DNA of 64,000 nt from the NCBI GenBank assembly GCA_028534125.1, contig CM052816.1, forward strand, positions 38,256,001-38,320,000. Reading direction: 5' to 3'. This document shows positions 1 through 11,770 of the stretch, piece by piece (the first letter of the stretch is position 1; each line of letters opens with the position of its first letter). The stretch comes from Lama glama. Its lineage: Eukaryota. The translations under genes and the position numbers were made by a program. The notes under the pieces are model-generated. The model saw nothing but the letters and a program-made list of their open reading frames with translations, was not told where the DNA came from and did not search any database.

Positions 1-56
1 TGTTTGGGTATAGTGCTGTCTTTGAACACACAATTGTAATTACAAATAAAAACAGA

Positions 57-414
57 AGCTATGGTCTGAATGCTTGCATTTCCCACCCCCTACCATTAAA
101 TTCATATGTTGAAAACCTAATAACCAAGATGATAGGAGGTGGGGATCCTATCCAAGGTGATTAGGTGTGAGAGTGTAACCCTCATGAATGAGATTAATGC
201 CTTTATAAAAGAGGTACAAGAAAGTCCCTTGGCCCTTCTACAATGTCAGCGTTAATTAGTAGTCTGTAACCTAAAGAGTGTGTTCACCAGAACCTACTAC
301 ACTGGAATCCTGATCTTGGAATTCCAGCCTCCAGAACAATGAAAAATGTTTCTACTAATTTTAAGCTACCCAGTCTGTGTTATTCTGTTATAGTAGCCAA
401 AATGGACTGAGCCA
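57..414 (+). mobile_element. ERVL-MaLR solo LTR (MLT1A/MST-like)
   Basis: Starts gctatggtctgaatg...aattcatatgttgaaa; contains gatcttggaattccagcctccagaac and the 3' end cccagtctgtgttattctgttatagtagccaaaatggactgag, typical of MLT1A-type LTRs. Confidence 0.85.
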
Positions 415-2329
415 ATGAGCTAGACATATATCACTTCAAAAAGAAAAAATATATAGTTTCATGTAGTTGAAGACTGACAAGCTGACTCACGAAAAATATT
501 TTTTTATTTTAACTTCATAAAATCTTTAGATATTTTATATTGTGCACATATCTCAAAGAGTTACATAGTTTTTCAAATAATGTAATGTCATTGTTGATGT
601 CTGTCTCAAACTATTTTACTACTCATCAAATATTTAACAAAATATGTAAGTTTGAAATTCTTTTTATTTGTAGAAGGGATCTAGTCTAAGCTTTTACTTA
701 AAGACTATCTGTTGGATACACTGGTTTTCTAGAAATCAATAGTAGTCCACCAAGAGGGTCAATTTGTCAGTCAGATCATCTAGGTTTCAGAGAAAGCATG
801 AATTTACAGTATGCTTTCTCAGATTTCATAGGAGACTGCATACGTAATTGGAGAAGTGGAGCTACTATGTTAAAAAATATTACCTTTAGTTAATTTTTCA
901 TAGGATACTTTTTATTATCATGAATACTTGAAAAAAATCTTATTGCCTTTTACACATCTACATAGTACTACATTTCTTTGTATTTTAAAATGAGTAAATG
1001 CCAGTTTGGGGGTGTGCTTATTTATTGGTTTTACAATAAATAGTAGAAAGGCAAAGATAGTGGTAGCTTATTTTTTTGATACAAAATTAAGAAGCATACT
1101 TCTATGTAAATGCTCAGGATAGTCTGTGTATTACAGTGATTAATACTGTACACATAATCAAGTTGACCTCTGGCTACAGGGGAAACATCATTCAGATTTT
1201 AAGGCTTATACTTATTTTTTCTAAAATATAAATATTAAGAAGTGCCAGGAAATATAAAATACAAATTATATAATAAACCATATTATTATGTTAATATATT
1301 TTAAGGAAAAAAAAGGCAAGGGCAAACATGTTTGAGAAATTAACAGCAAAGGAGAAAGTTTACTCAGCTCTAACCCAAGTTTTAATTAAAGCCATGATTG
1401 ATGACAAATGCCATCTTGCAATGTGACCTCTAGAAAGATCTACAGCTGTTGAATCAATTGTGAAGATGGTCTCCACTCTTTTCAAAGTAAAACACAAAGA
1501 AGATAAATCACACTTAAAATTATTAATCACATAAACATGTTATTAATGATATGGAAATCCGGAGACAGGCAAAAAAGTAGTCCTAAAAAATGAAGCAAAG
1601 GAGTTTTGGGGATGCTTTATTTGGGAAGCCATAATTTCCAGATTATTAACTTATTCATTTAAAAAGAACTTTTCACTGCATTAATCCCATTTAAACTTAG
1701 ATGGAAACACTGAGCAGAGATGAAGCTCTATTAGCTGCACAATGTGAATCAAATGGGACTACAGACAGGGCTGGAGATAAAAAATAGGGCTGTAAGCAGA
1801 CTTTCAAAAGACATCATTAGCCAATAAATAGCGAGTTAGGAGGGTATTTGAGCTCCAGAAAGTCCTTATCCACCAAGAGTGGTTGTATCCATACTTACAC
1901 ACGATTAAGTTTTTAAAAGAAAGCAAGTGATTGGATTAGAATCACAAAAAGGGGGGAAAAACAACTACAAGAAGGGCTCATAGTGTTTTGACATTGTTGA
2001 TGAAGACCACAGGGCAGCTGTGGATTTTTTTTTAAAAAGAGATTTAAGCAAAAGTCTAAAAAAGTCAGCAAAACCAAGGTCAAACACCCTCTAGAACTCC
2101 CTGATCTGAGCCCATTAACACAAAAAGAAGGAAGAGAACTCTAGTGCCAGAAATAAAGTAAAAGATAAATCATGTTGTTGAAGAATGTGTTTTTAACAAA
2201 AGTTAAAGGCATGTGAATTATATAGTTTGAAGAAGAGACATTTTTCGAACCCATCTTTGAGTAAAGGAAATTCTGTTATTTAGACATCACTCTGTGTTCT
2301 CAGGAAGCAGAGCAAAAGGCAACACACTT

Positions 2330-2540
2330 AAATAGCAGAGTGGGATTTATGCCATAAAAAAAGATGAGATTTCCTGCACTAGGAGTTGTTAAATCCAGGA
2401 ATAAGAGACAGAAGGAAGCTGTACTTTTCTCTTGAAGGGGTAGAGAATTAAGGTAGCTCTTCATCTGTCAGGAAAGTTTAAGGCAGGGTGAATGGATTAG
2501 GTGACCTTTCAAAATTACTTCCATCCCAGGATTTATGATG
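2330..2540 (+). mobile_element. CR1/L3 (or MIR3-like) 3' end fragment
   Basis: tggattaggtgacctttcaaaattacttccatcccaggatttatgat resembles the CR1/L3 3' terminus; heavily diverged. Confidence 0.5.
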
Positions 2541-2654
2541 TCAATATAAACCAGCAGCCCCAAATGGAACCCTGGGCAGGAACCACAGCCTATTGCACTT
2601 GTTGTGCTGCTCCTCGGACACAGGCATAGGCAGGTTACTTGCTAGAGGAACTTA

Positions 2655-2806
2655 TGGTCAACAGTGCAAGCCTGGAGTCAGACAGCTTGGGTTCAAAGAC
2701 TGAGTTTCCACTTCTTCAGTTACAAAAGGTGGGTAACTATTGTACTTGTTTCACTGAATTGTTGAGATGACTAAATGAGATCATGCACATAAAGAAGACA
2801 GCACAA
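2655..2806 (+). mobile_element. MIR SINE
   Basis: ctggagtcagacagcttgggttcaaa head; gttgttgagatgactaaatgagatcatgcacataaag-like core/tail. Confidence 0.75.
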
Positions 2807-5154
2807 AAGAGGAATAAAATAAAAATTAGTCTCATTAAACTCTTCTGCCACTACATCAACCCTTGGTACAAAATGATGCTACTGCAGTGACAGTGCTGCC
2901 CTTCTTTCTTGTCTTATTTCCCTTTATATTTTTTGTTCTTCCCCACTTCTACTCTCAATAAAAAAAAGCCCTATGTGTATCACAAAAAAACTTGTAACTA
3001 CTAAATTTCATCACTGGATACCAGCAACAGACTGCTGACATATGAGGGGTAGATGAAGTGAACAGCTACACAGATCACTGAAATATTCAAAACTGTTTCT
3101 CAACTAAACTAAACTATGGTTTCTTTTGAATGAAATTGTATGCAACTATTAAAATACTTGGTAAAAATATTTAATGACGAGAGAAATTGCTTTCTTGTAA
3201 GCAGATAAAGTAGTGTAAGATATAAAAATAATATAAAACACATAAATCCACACAAAGGATTTTGGAAGGTAAAGTACTCCAAAATATCACAGTATATACT
3301 TCTGTATACCTCTCTGTATGCCAGCAACTTGAGTTTTCTCCTATAGTGTATTCTTCCTAGGTTGCAGGTTTCATTATTAGGAAAAAAGTAAAGTTTCTGT
3401 TTTATTTTGTAAAATCTGGCTTTTTAAACTTTCTCTTGTTTTTAAAGTTTTTCTCAAAAAGTTATCAGCTATTAGTTCTGATTCTTTTAGAAAGGAACTG
3501 GTTCTTGCATTTTTTGACATGTAATTTAGACATGACTTGTAAGTATACATAATTAATAATTGTAAATGTTTACAAATAGAGCATCTATTCATACATATGT
3601 AAGTATCCTTTGCAGATGCTATGACAAGATGGTGGTGGTGAAATAACCATAAACCTGAGCTTGATTCTCTTTCATCAGGCTTTTACTATAGTTCAGTATA
3701 AATAAATCAATCTTCATTCCCTTCTATACGCTTCTTTTGGATGAAATCCTACACTTCATTCAGAATTTTGCAAAATCAGTGATATTTTATTAAATAAATG
3801 AATGAATACATGAATATAGATATAAAAGATACATAAAGTTCCAAAACTAATGTTTTAAAATAATCTACTTTTGGTCACTATTCTGAATAAACTCATTCAT
3901 CTCCTGCTTACATGTACATTGCTCCCAAAGACGGTCAACATTTACTTATTTCTTTACTTACTAATTATTTATTGCTCAGTATGTAATCTCATTAAGAATA
4001 TTTTCTTCTCTGTGTCAACTATTTTAAAAGTGAATCATGTAAGTTTCTCTACACTCATCTTCCACTGATATCCAGATACCTCAGAAAAACACTATAAAAA
4101 TCATACCGATAAAACATGAGTGAAGATAAGAAAAGATGCAGCAAGCAATACCAAGGGTCTCTTTTTCTTTTTTTTTCCACCTTGAATACAACATCACTAA
4201 AGTTTATTCACTGCTTCCTTCATTCCAGGCACCACTAGGTTGAGAACACAAAGCCAAATATGATTTCTGAATTTCCAGAGCACATTGTATCTTTTTTTTT
4301 ATCCAAATTTTATTATATTTTTCCCAAATAGACTATAAGCTACTGGATGACAAATGCTATATTGACTTCTTATATTTGTATTTCTATTGCCTGACAAAAC
4401 ATTCAGCTTTCTGAGTAACTGCGTCAATGAATGGACATTGAACAAAACGAGTCTACCTCCACGAGAATTGTTCTCTATTTTCATAATAGACACCAAAGCC
4501 TTAGGTAAAAATATTAAATTTCTTATTCTCTATAGGAGTATCAGACCTCATTTTCTTTTAGCCATTGCCTCTACCTAAAAAAATTGAGGCAAACATAAAT
4601 GAGAGAGGCACAGCTACCTCTTGTTTAATTTTCATGTATAAGTTAATTGTATCTTTTTTATATTAAGCAACTTTGGAACAATCATCAAATCATTTAAATT
4701 GTCCTCGAATTACTTTGTCCTTTCTGGGTTTTTGTTTGTTTCTGTCTGTCTTTGTTTGTATTAAATAAACTCCAAGTAAATACTGTTGAACCATGTACCC
4801 ACATCTCTATCGGATGTTAATTTGTAAAAAAACATGTGCTTTAAGGGAGATAGAGACAATTCATCAAGTAAATCTTGTAATGTCCCTCCTCTAGTTAATC
4901 AGTTCCCCAGTTAACCATATCGTTATTGCTGTTTTCACAAGGAGACTAACACAGTGGAGGAAGCCACATGAATACAACTAACTGATAATAAAAGAACTGT
5001 TAAGAAAAAAACAAAACAATTCCGTCAGTCACCTTCAGAAATACCACCCCCAGGAAAATCAAATTGAGCATGTAGTGTGAACTGCATATATCTCCTTACA
5101 TCCCCTGGGCCAAAAAAATACCTCTTATTTATGTCTTTCACGGCTCTGGCTTAC

Positions 5155-5221
5155 TGATCTTCTCTGGACCTCTTGACTGTCAATATTTTTGTTTGGGGGG
5201 AATACTTTTTCTCTTTCCAAG
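5155..5221 (-). other. Candidate spliced exon, 67 nt, probably non-coding 5'UTR
   Basis: Minus strand: ttgtatttttctttcag|CTTGGAAAGAG...CCAGAGAAGATCA|gtaagc. Strong polypyrimidine acceptor, consensus intronic donor, repeat-free surroundings. Confidence 0.55.
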
Positions 5222-6931
5222 CTGAAAGAAAAATACAAGCTTGTTTTCTCCTTGCCTCCAGGATATAAAAGAAGAAAAACAGCAGTTAAAAAGAAACTCT
5301 TTAAAAAAGCAACTGCCATAAAAACAGGAAGCAGACACATGGCATGGGAAGAATTCAAATGTTTGCTTAGTTCATGAAAAAGTTAATTCCTCAAAATGAT
5401 GACTGCCTTCACCAAACTACGCTTGCTTTTATTTATCATAAAAATGAATCTTCTCTGATTAAAAAGGTAAAGGAAACCCCACGATTTTAGTAGATGGTAT
5501 TAAACAGAACCATCTCATATACGTATAATGACTTGAGTCTGATTTTCAGAAAGAGATGACAGCGACTTGGATGAGGGCTGCGCTAAGGACACCTGCTGAT
5601 TGGTGTGGTACTATCTTCTCTCCTCTCCAATCCAAACCAATTAAGGCTGTGGAATTGCCAGTCTGACATCTTTAGCAATTGTAAGTGCATCACCGTATTG
5701 CGGATTCACAAGTTTCCACATACCAATTCACTTCTAATCCGCACAAAAAGGTTATTTTAAATCTCTATCCATTCTAGATTAACATCTTGTTTGCCTACTG
5801 ATTCCATTTTTATAATGTTTGACACATTCTATATAATCAAAAGAACTGAGTCCGTTTACTCTGCTGCCTAAAATTCAACTAGCCAAGTCATAAAAATGTA
5901 ATTTCTGATCTTGCTTCTCCTTGATTCAAATACCTGGAAGTTGAAAAATATTCCAAATAAATACACATGAATCTGCCATGCAAAATAATAGGCGCATCCA
6001 TGCTTCCATTTTTTGAAACCGGCAGGCATGCTCGACTAATCAACCAGAATTCCCTGTGCTATGCATTCATATATAATATATTTTAGACACCACTAGGTTC
6101 AAAAGGTGTTTTTTTCCACTCGTCTCAAAATGTCACAAAGCTAGAGAGAAGCTCTGTGATTTGAAATACAAAACATTTTTAGTGTGCCTCTTCCCTTAAT
6201 CCACCATATTGTATGAAAGTTTTTACATTTCTTACTATTACCTAAAGTGTACAGCAAAAGCCAGCACATTTGAGTACATTTCCATCTTATGCACATGTGT
6301 ACTACTCTGAATTAAAAACAAATTACATACTTTAAATGTGAAAACCTGCTACCCCAGGAAAGATTTTTTTAAATGCTGTGGGTTTTTTTGTTTGTTTGTT
6401 TAATCCCACAGTATACTTGCTAACAAGTCAGAGTCTAAATTCTCCTGATAGAGAACATGAATGATGAAGAAAACAAAGTACAGTAGCATTTAATTGAATA
6501 CTTTGGTCTTAATGAAGCAAACACAAATATCCTACATTTAGCTCTCCACATCTATTCAAATAAAAATTGATTTAGAAATTTTATGAAAAAAGTTCAAATC
6601 GCAGAGGAACAATTATAGCTGAATAAGATGAGCCATGGCTGGAGCTCTGTACCTGTTGAAATTATTGCTAGGGTTTAATGGACCAAGATGGATAGCTTTC
6701 ATGGTAAAAATATTTTGGTGAGGAGTTTAATGAGCTCAATGAGATTCTTACATGCCCAAAAAAGCACATAGAACATCTGGCACTGGTTATTACAATAATT
6801 CAAGGATTGTTCTGAATGTGATGCAAAAAAGCCAGCAACCTAATCATATCCACTTAAACGGATAATTACAGAAGATGTTAGAGGTGTGGGGTGGATACTG
6901 CTCCCAATTTAGAGTCCATACTTTCATTTTC

Positions 6932-7018
6932 AAAAAAAAAAAAAAAAAGGTTATTTCCCCTAAATTCTCCAATTCAGAAGCTCTCTTACAACGACCAAAA
7001 AAAAAAAAAAAAAAAAAA
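6932..7018. repeat. Two poly(A) runs (A17 at 6932-6948, A22 at 6997-7018)
   Basis: Directly visible; no retroelement body recognised next to either run. Confidence 0.85.
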
Positions 7019-8860
7019 GTAGGTATACAAAGCAATTTGACATTTCTTAGCCTCTGGTAGCTTACATTTACACACAGTAGTCATTGAAAGAATCATTTGT
7101 TTTTTAAAAAAAAAACCACCATTAAGCATGAAATTATGAGGCACAACAATAAAAGTGAAAACATATGCCATTAATGAAATTAGTAACTATTTACTGGAAA
7201 TTAGGAAACTCATTTTTAGGCCAATTGTAAAATGCACGTGGAGAAGTAGTCTATAGTTGGACTACTGAGTTGGTAAATTGGATAAGATAAGGAAAAACAA
7301 CGTTTCCTCTTGCCACCAGCACTATCATTTTCACCTCTCTGAATTAGCTGCTGGGTTTACATCTCATTAACTTACACACACAGAATCATTAGCACTGGAG
7401 GGTTAATAGATGTTTCTGTGTCTCGCAATACCTATTAGAGCAGTCAACACATCTTTAATGTGGTATAACTTCCAATTAATTTTTCAAGATCAGCCTTTTC
7501 ACACTGTAGTCAGCAGTGGTACTCTCAAGTCTACCAGCCTGAGTGTATGTCCGGAAGACCTCTGTTCTCAAGTTTGCAACTGGGTCATAGAGGTCATGGC
7601 TATAATTTCCCTTGCTTTTTTCAGAAGATATATTTGGAAATATTTTATTATAATAATACATTATACATAGCACTAACATAAATATATATCAATATAATGT
7701 ATTTCTATCCAGTGCCTCTATTTTTAAAGCCTTGAATTTTAAATAGCAATTCCATAATACTGATTTTATATAGCAAATTATTTCTTTAATTTTTGGAAAA
7801 AACAGAAAAAAATTACTACTGTATGAGACAACCATCTTCACAGAATGTGTGGTGTTTTAGGCAACAAGGCGTACTGATGTGTCCTTCTATAAAAGTATGC
7901 ATTTATAAGAGGCAAAACAATGAGGCTGATATCTCATATGTATATGTTTGACTATTCAAGCTGAATAACTTAAAGGACACCCTTCTTAACTTCCAATCTT
8001 TGCAAATACAGTGTCAAAATAATTCTAATTTCTTGGAAAATAACTATTACAGAAGTATATTTAAAAATCAGTCTCAAATAATATGTGATGTACAAATATA
8101 AAATAATAAAATTATTTATCCAGTAAGATGTTTTCAAAAAGTTTGTGGTTGTGATCATCTATAAAAAAAGAAGGCCAAAATATGTAATGAGTTCTGGAAA
8201 GCAGTTTATTTTATGGTGAATGTTTATTTACCTTATTTATCTGCAAAATAACTAAAATCTTCTCATTAAAACAAGTCTTGTACTAAACGACAACATGTTT
8301 GTGATAACAAACCACAGCCAAGGCATTACCTTACATATACTTATCTATTTTTCCTGTAGCAACATTCAAATTGATAAACAAAATGGACTTTATACATGTG
8401 TTCATCACACATACACTGTACTTTTCCAGCAAAAGCTGGGATTCTTCTTGTGAGAGTGTTACTATTTTTTGCAGGGGTAGGCGGTTTCCCAGAGTGCAGA
8501 GAATGGAAAAGGGGCTCTCTTCTCTGTTGGTCCAAGTAGCCAAAACATGACATGTTTAGATCAGTCTACAAAAGAGTTTATTTTAATATGCATCATTAAA
8601 AAGATCCTGATCAAAGATCCTTGATGTGTAGTAGCAGGAGAAAATGAAGTAGGAAATGGAAATGAAATGATGTTTTATTAGGGAGGTTCAGTATCTTAAT
8701 TGACACTAGTCATTGACTGAAAGTTAAATATTGAAAGATACGATATTTCATATGTGTTAAAATACAATGATGAGATTCAACTTTCTGCAAAGTTGTGAGT
8801 ATTGGGCTAGTGGTTTAGAATAATCATTCCTTAAGCACAAATAGAATACCTTATATCTCA

Positions 8861-8902
8861 TATATATGTGTGTGTGTGTGTGTATGCATACACACACACA
8901 TA
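8861..8902. repeat. (TG)n-ATGCAT-(CA)n palindromic microsatellite
   Basis: 8873-8900 is a perfect 28-bp palindrome centred on ATGCAT. Confidence 0.85.
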
Positions 8903-9419
8903 AGTAATGCATATATTGTGTGTGTACAAACATAAGGATATTTAAATATGTGAAGGCAATGGGCATCTTCAAGGCAGTAAGGAATTGTGAGGCAAAGATC
9001 TATGAGAGTAAGGATGCACACGTGTGTACCCAGGATTTGGCACTTCTCTCCCTCAACAATATTTGGCTATGCATAGCAGGTAGCTGGCAGGCTAATAAGC
9101 TGAATAATAATTGTGAACAGAACACAAAATCTAAGCTGAGGGGGAGAACTGAACAAAGCATTATTCATTCCATAAGCTTTGGCTGGGAAGCTGAAGTGCT
9201 AAATCCTAGGAGTAAGATTAAACAGGAAATAAATCGTTCTTCCCCAAAGATAAAAATCCAGCTTCAATTTACCTCAGTCTTTTATTAGATTGGCATGATC
9301 TGGGATTTCTAGCAGTCAATCTCAGCCATGTTCAGAGGACGATAACTGAGAATCTCAAAGAACTTTTACATTTTTAACTTAAAATTCCAACACAAAGGAA
9401 ATTAAATTCTGAGTGTGAT

Positions 9420-11480
9420 GAAACAAATCAGAACACATAAAGAAATGACATGATGTAGATATTGAAGATTTCAGCCATACATTTAAAAATAACTGTACTA
9501 TATATATTTCAGAAATTAAAGGATTACACTAAGTAATACAAGAATAAGAAAAAAGAAACAAATGAAAATTTGATAAGTGAAAATACAGTAACTGAAATTA
9601 AGAATAATTTAGAATTGTTTGTAGAAGATTATACACAGCTGAAAAGAGAATTAGAATTAAAAGATAAATTGGGAAAAAATAACTTTCTGAGTGAAACACA
9701 GAGAAACAACAGAATGCAAAATAAGGTAAATACCATAATGGAAACATAGGATTTTAACTATGCTAAACAGCATTCAAAGAGATAAGAAAGAGACTGAGGC
9801 AGAAGCAATGCTTGAAGAGATAGTGGCAGGGAAAATTGACAAATTTATGGAAGACATCAACCCATATACTCAAGTTCTACAACTCACAAGAAGAAAACCA
9901 GAGAAAGACAGCCACACCCAGGCACTTCACAGCAAAACAACTGAAAGCCTAAGGCAGAGAAAATATTATTCAAGTGGTCAGAGGGGGAAAAAAAAGTCTT
10001 CTTAAAAGAGCAGTAAGACTGAAAGTTGAATCCTCAACAGAAACAACAGAAAGCAGAGGAGGAGAGAATGATATGCACCATGTGCTGAAAGAAAGTAACT
10101 TCCAACTTGAAATTCTGTATCTAATAAGTTGCCAACTTAGAATTCTATATGCAGCAAAAATACCATTCATAAAAAAAAAGGTGAAAGAAATTTCAGAAGA
10201 ATAAAAACTAAGGTAATTCATTACTAGCAAAATGGCACTATAGAACTAAACAGTTTTTCTCAAACAGAATATGAATGATCTCAGATGGAAACTTGTAGAT
10301 AAAGGAGGAAATAAAAAGCAACACAAAAAGAGTCCATGTAAAGAAATTTATACGTAAATATTAATTGTCTGAAATGAAAACAATACTCGGAATTGGATTG
10401 AAAGACAATGAAAAATTATATACTGTGAATATATTAACAAAAGAAAATCTGGTGCCACTTAGATGAATATTAGGAAAAGTAAACATTATGGCCAAATGTA
10501 TTCTTAAGAGAAAAAGAGGGACAAGTTAATGAAAGCAGAATTCGAAGGAAAAGAGACAAATGCATATCAATGCAGGGGATGTTAGCACATGTTATTTAGT
10601 AATAAGACAACCAGACCAAAAAATGCACCTTCCTTTCAAGTCACACAAAATTACCATAATTACCCACATTGTAAGACATAAAGGATATCTCTCCAAATTC
10701 ATAAAATATCACGGAAAAGTGAAGCTATATTCAGCAAAATAAAAAAATTACCCAGTAAATCATTTCATGCTTGGCAATCAGGAAATCGTTGCTTAGTTAT
10801 TCATGACTCAAAGTATAAAGCAAATGAAAATGGAAAATAATTAGCCAAAAACTAACTGTAATATGATATATCAAAACTTATAAGACGCAACTACATCTGT
10901 ATTAAGGCAGAGATTGATTCTAAACATTTTTAATTAGACAAGAAGTTTCAATTCAATTATATAACAATCTACTTATATGAGACAGAAAAATGAGAGCAAA
11001 TATAACTTGAAGAAATTGGTAGACCTAACATATAGAAGCAAAAATTAATAAAGCACATTTTTAAAAACTTTCAAGAGAGGATCAACAAAAATAATTTTTT
11101 GTTTTTGTGTCTCTGTAAAGATCAATAAAATTGCTAAAACTTGGATGAGGCTGACTTAAAATGCCAAGTTAAAAAGGAAACAGTAAAAAGGAACATCATT
11201 ACAAAATGCATGGCTATTAAAAAGAGACTAAGAAGATGTTACTTACTAGTTTATACCAATATATTTGAAACTATTAGATGAAATTTTTAAATATAGCATA
11301 GAAGTTTAATTTCCAAATTGCACAGGAAGGAATAGAAAATCTGAATCATAATTTAAAGAACTGAAGTTTGTAATTAAAATCTTTCTCACATTAGAAATGT
11401 CCAGCACAGATAGCTCCAGTAGTAGACTGCACCAGATGGTAAAGAGAAGACAGATCTGACACAAAGTCTTTCAGAGAAAG
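9420..11480 (+). mobile_element. Ancient LINE-1 (L1M/L1ME-like), decayed ORF1 and 5' ORF2
   Basis: ORF 9760-10005 (AMLEEIVAGKIDKFMEDINPYTQ) and ORF 9974-10204 (VRLKVESSTETTESR...VLKESNFQLEILY) resemble L1 ORF1p; A-rich ORF2-like sequence follows (gaaaagatcaataaaattgctaaaac-like, gaaatgtccagcacagatagc). Confidence 0.85.
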
Positions 11481-11591
11481 GGATAAATGTAGATATATCT
11501 CTGATGGCTCACAGATTCTCCCCCAATGAGGAATATATACAGTTTTTAAATAGTTAGACGTATATTGATCTGTAGCCTGTAGATCTGTGGT

Positions 11592-11770
11592 CTGTAGCCA
11601 CAAGTGGCATTTTAGGTTTAAATTTAAATTAAGTGAAATTAAAACAATAATTTCGTAGTCACAGTAGCCAGGTTTCAAGTGCCCAATAGCCACACAGAGC
11701 TACCAGGTACACACTGGACATAAAGAATACAGAATATTTCCATCATCATAAAAAGCTCTACTGGATAGGT
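11592..11770 (-). mobile_element. hAT-Charlie MITE (MER3)
   Basis: aaatttaaattaag...tagccaggtttcaagtgcccaatagccac...agaatatttccatcatcataaaaagctctactggatag matches the reverse complement of the MER3 consensus as I recall it. Confidence 0.8.
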
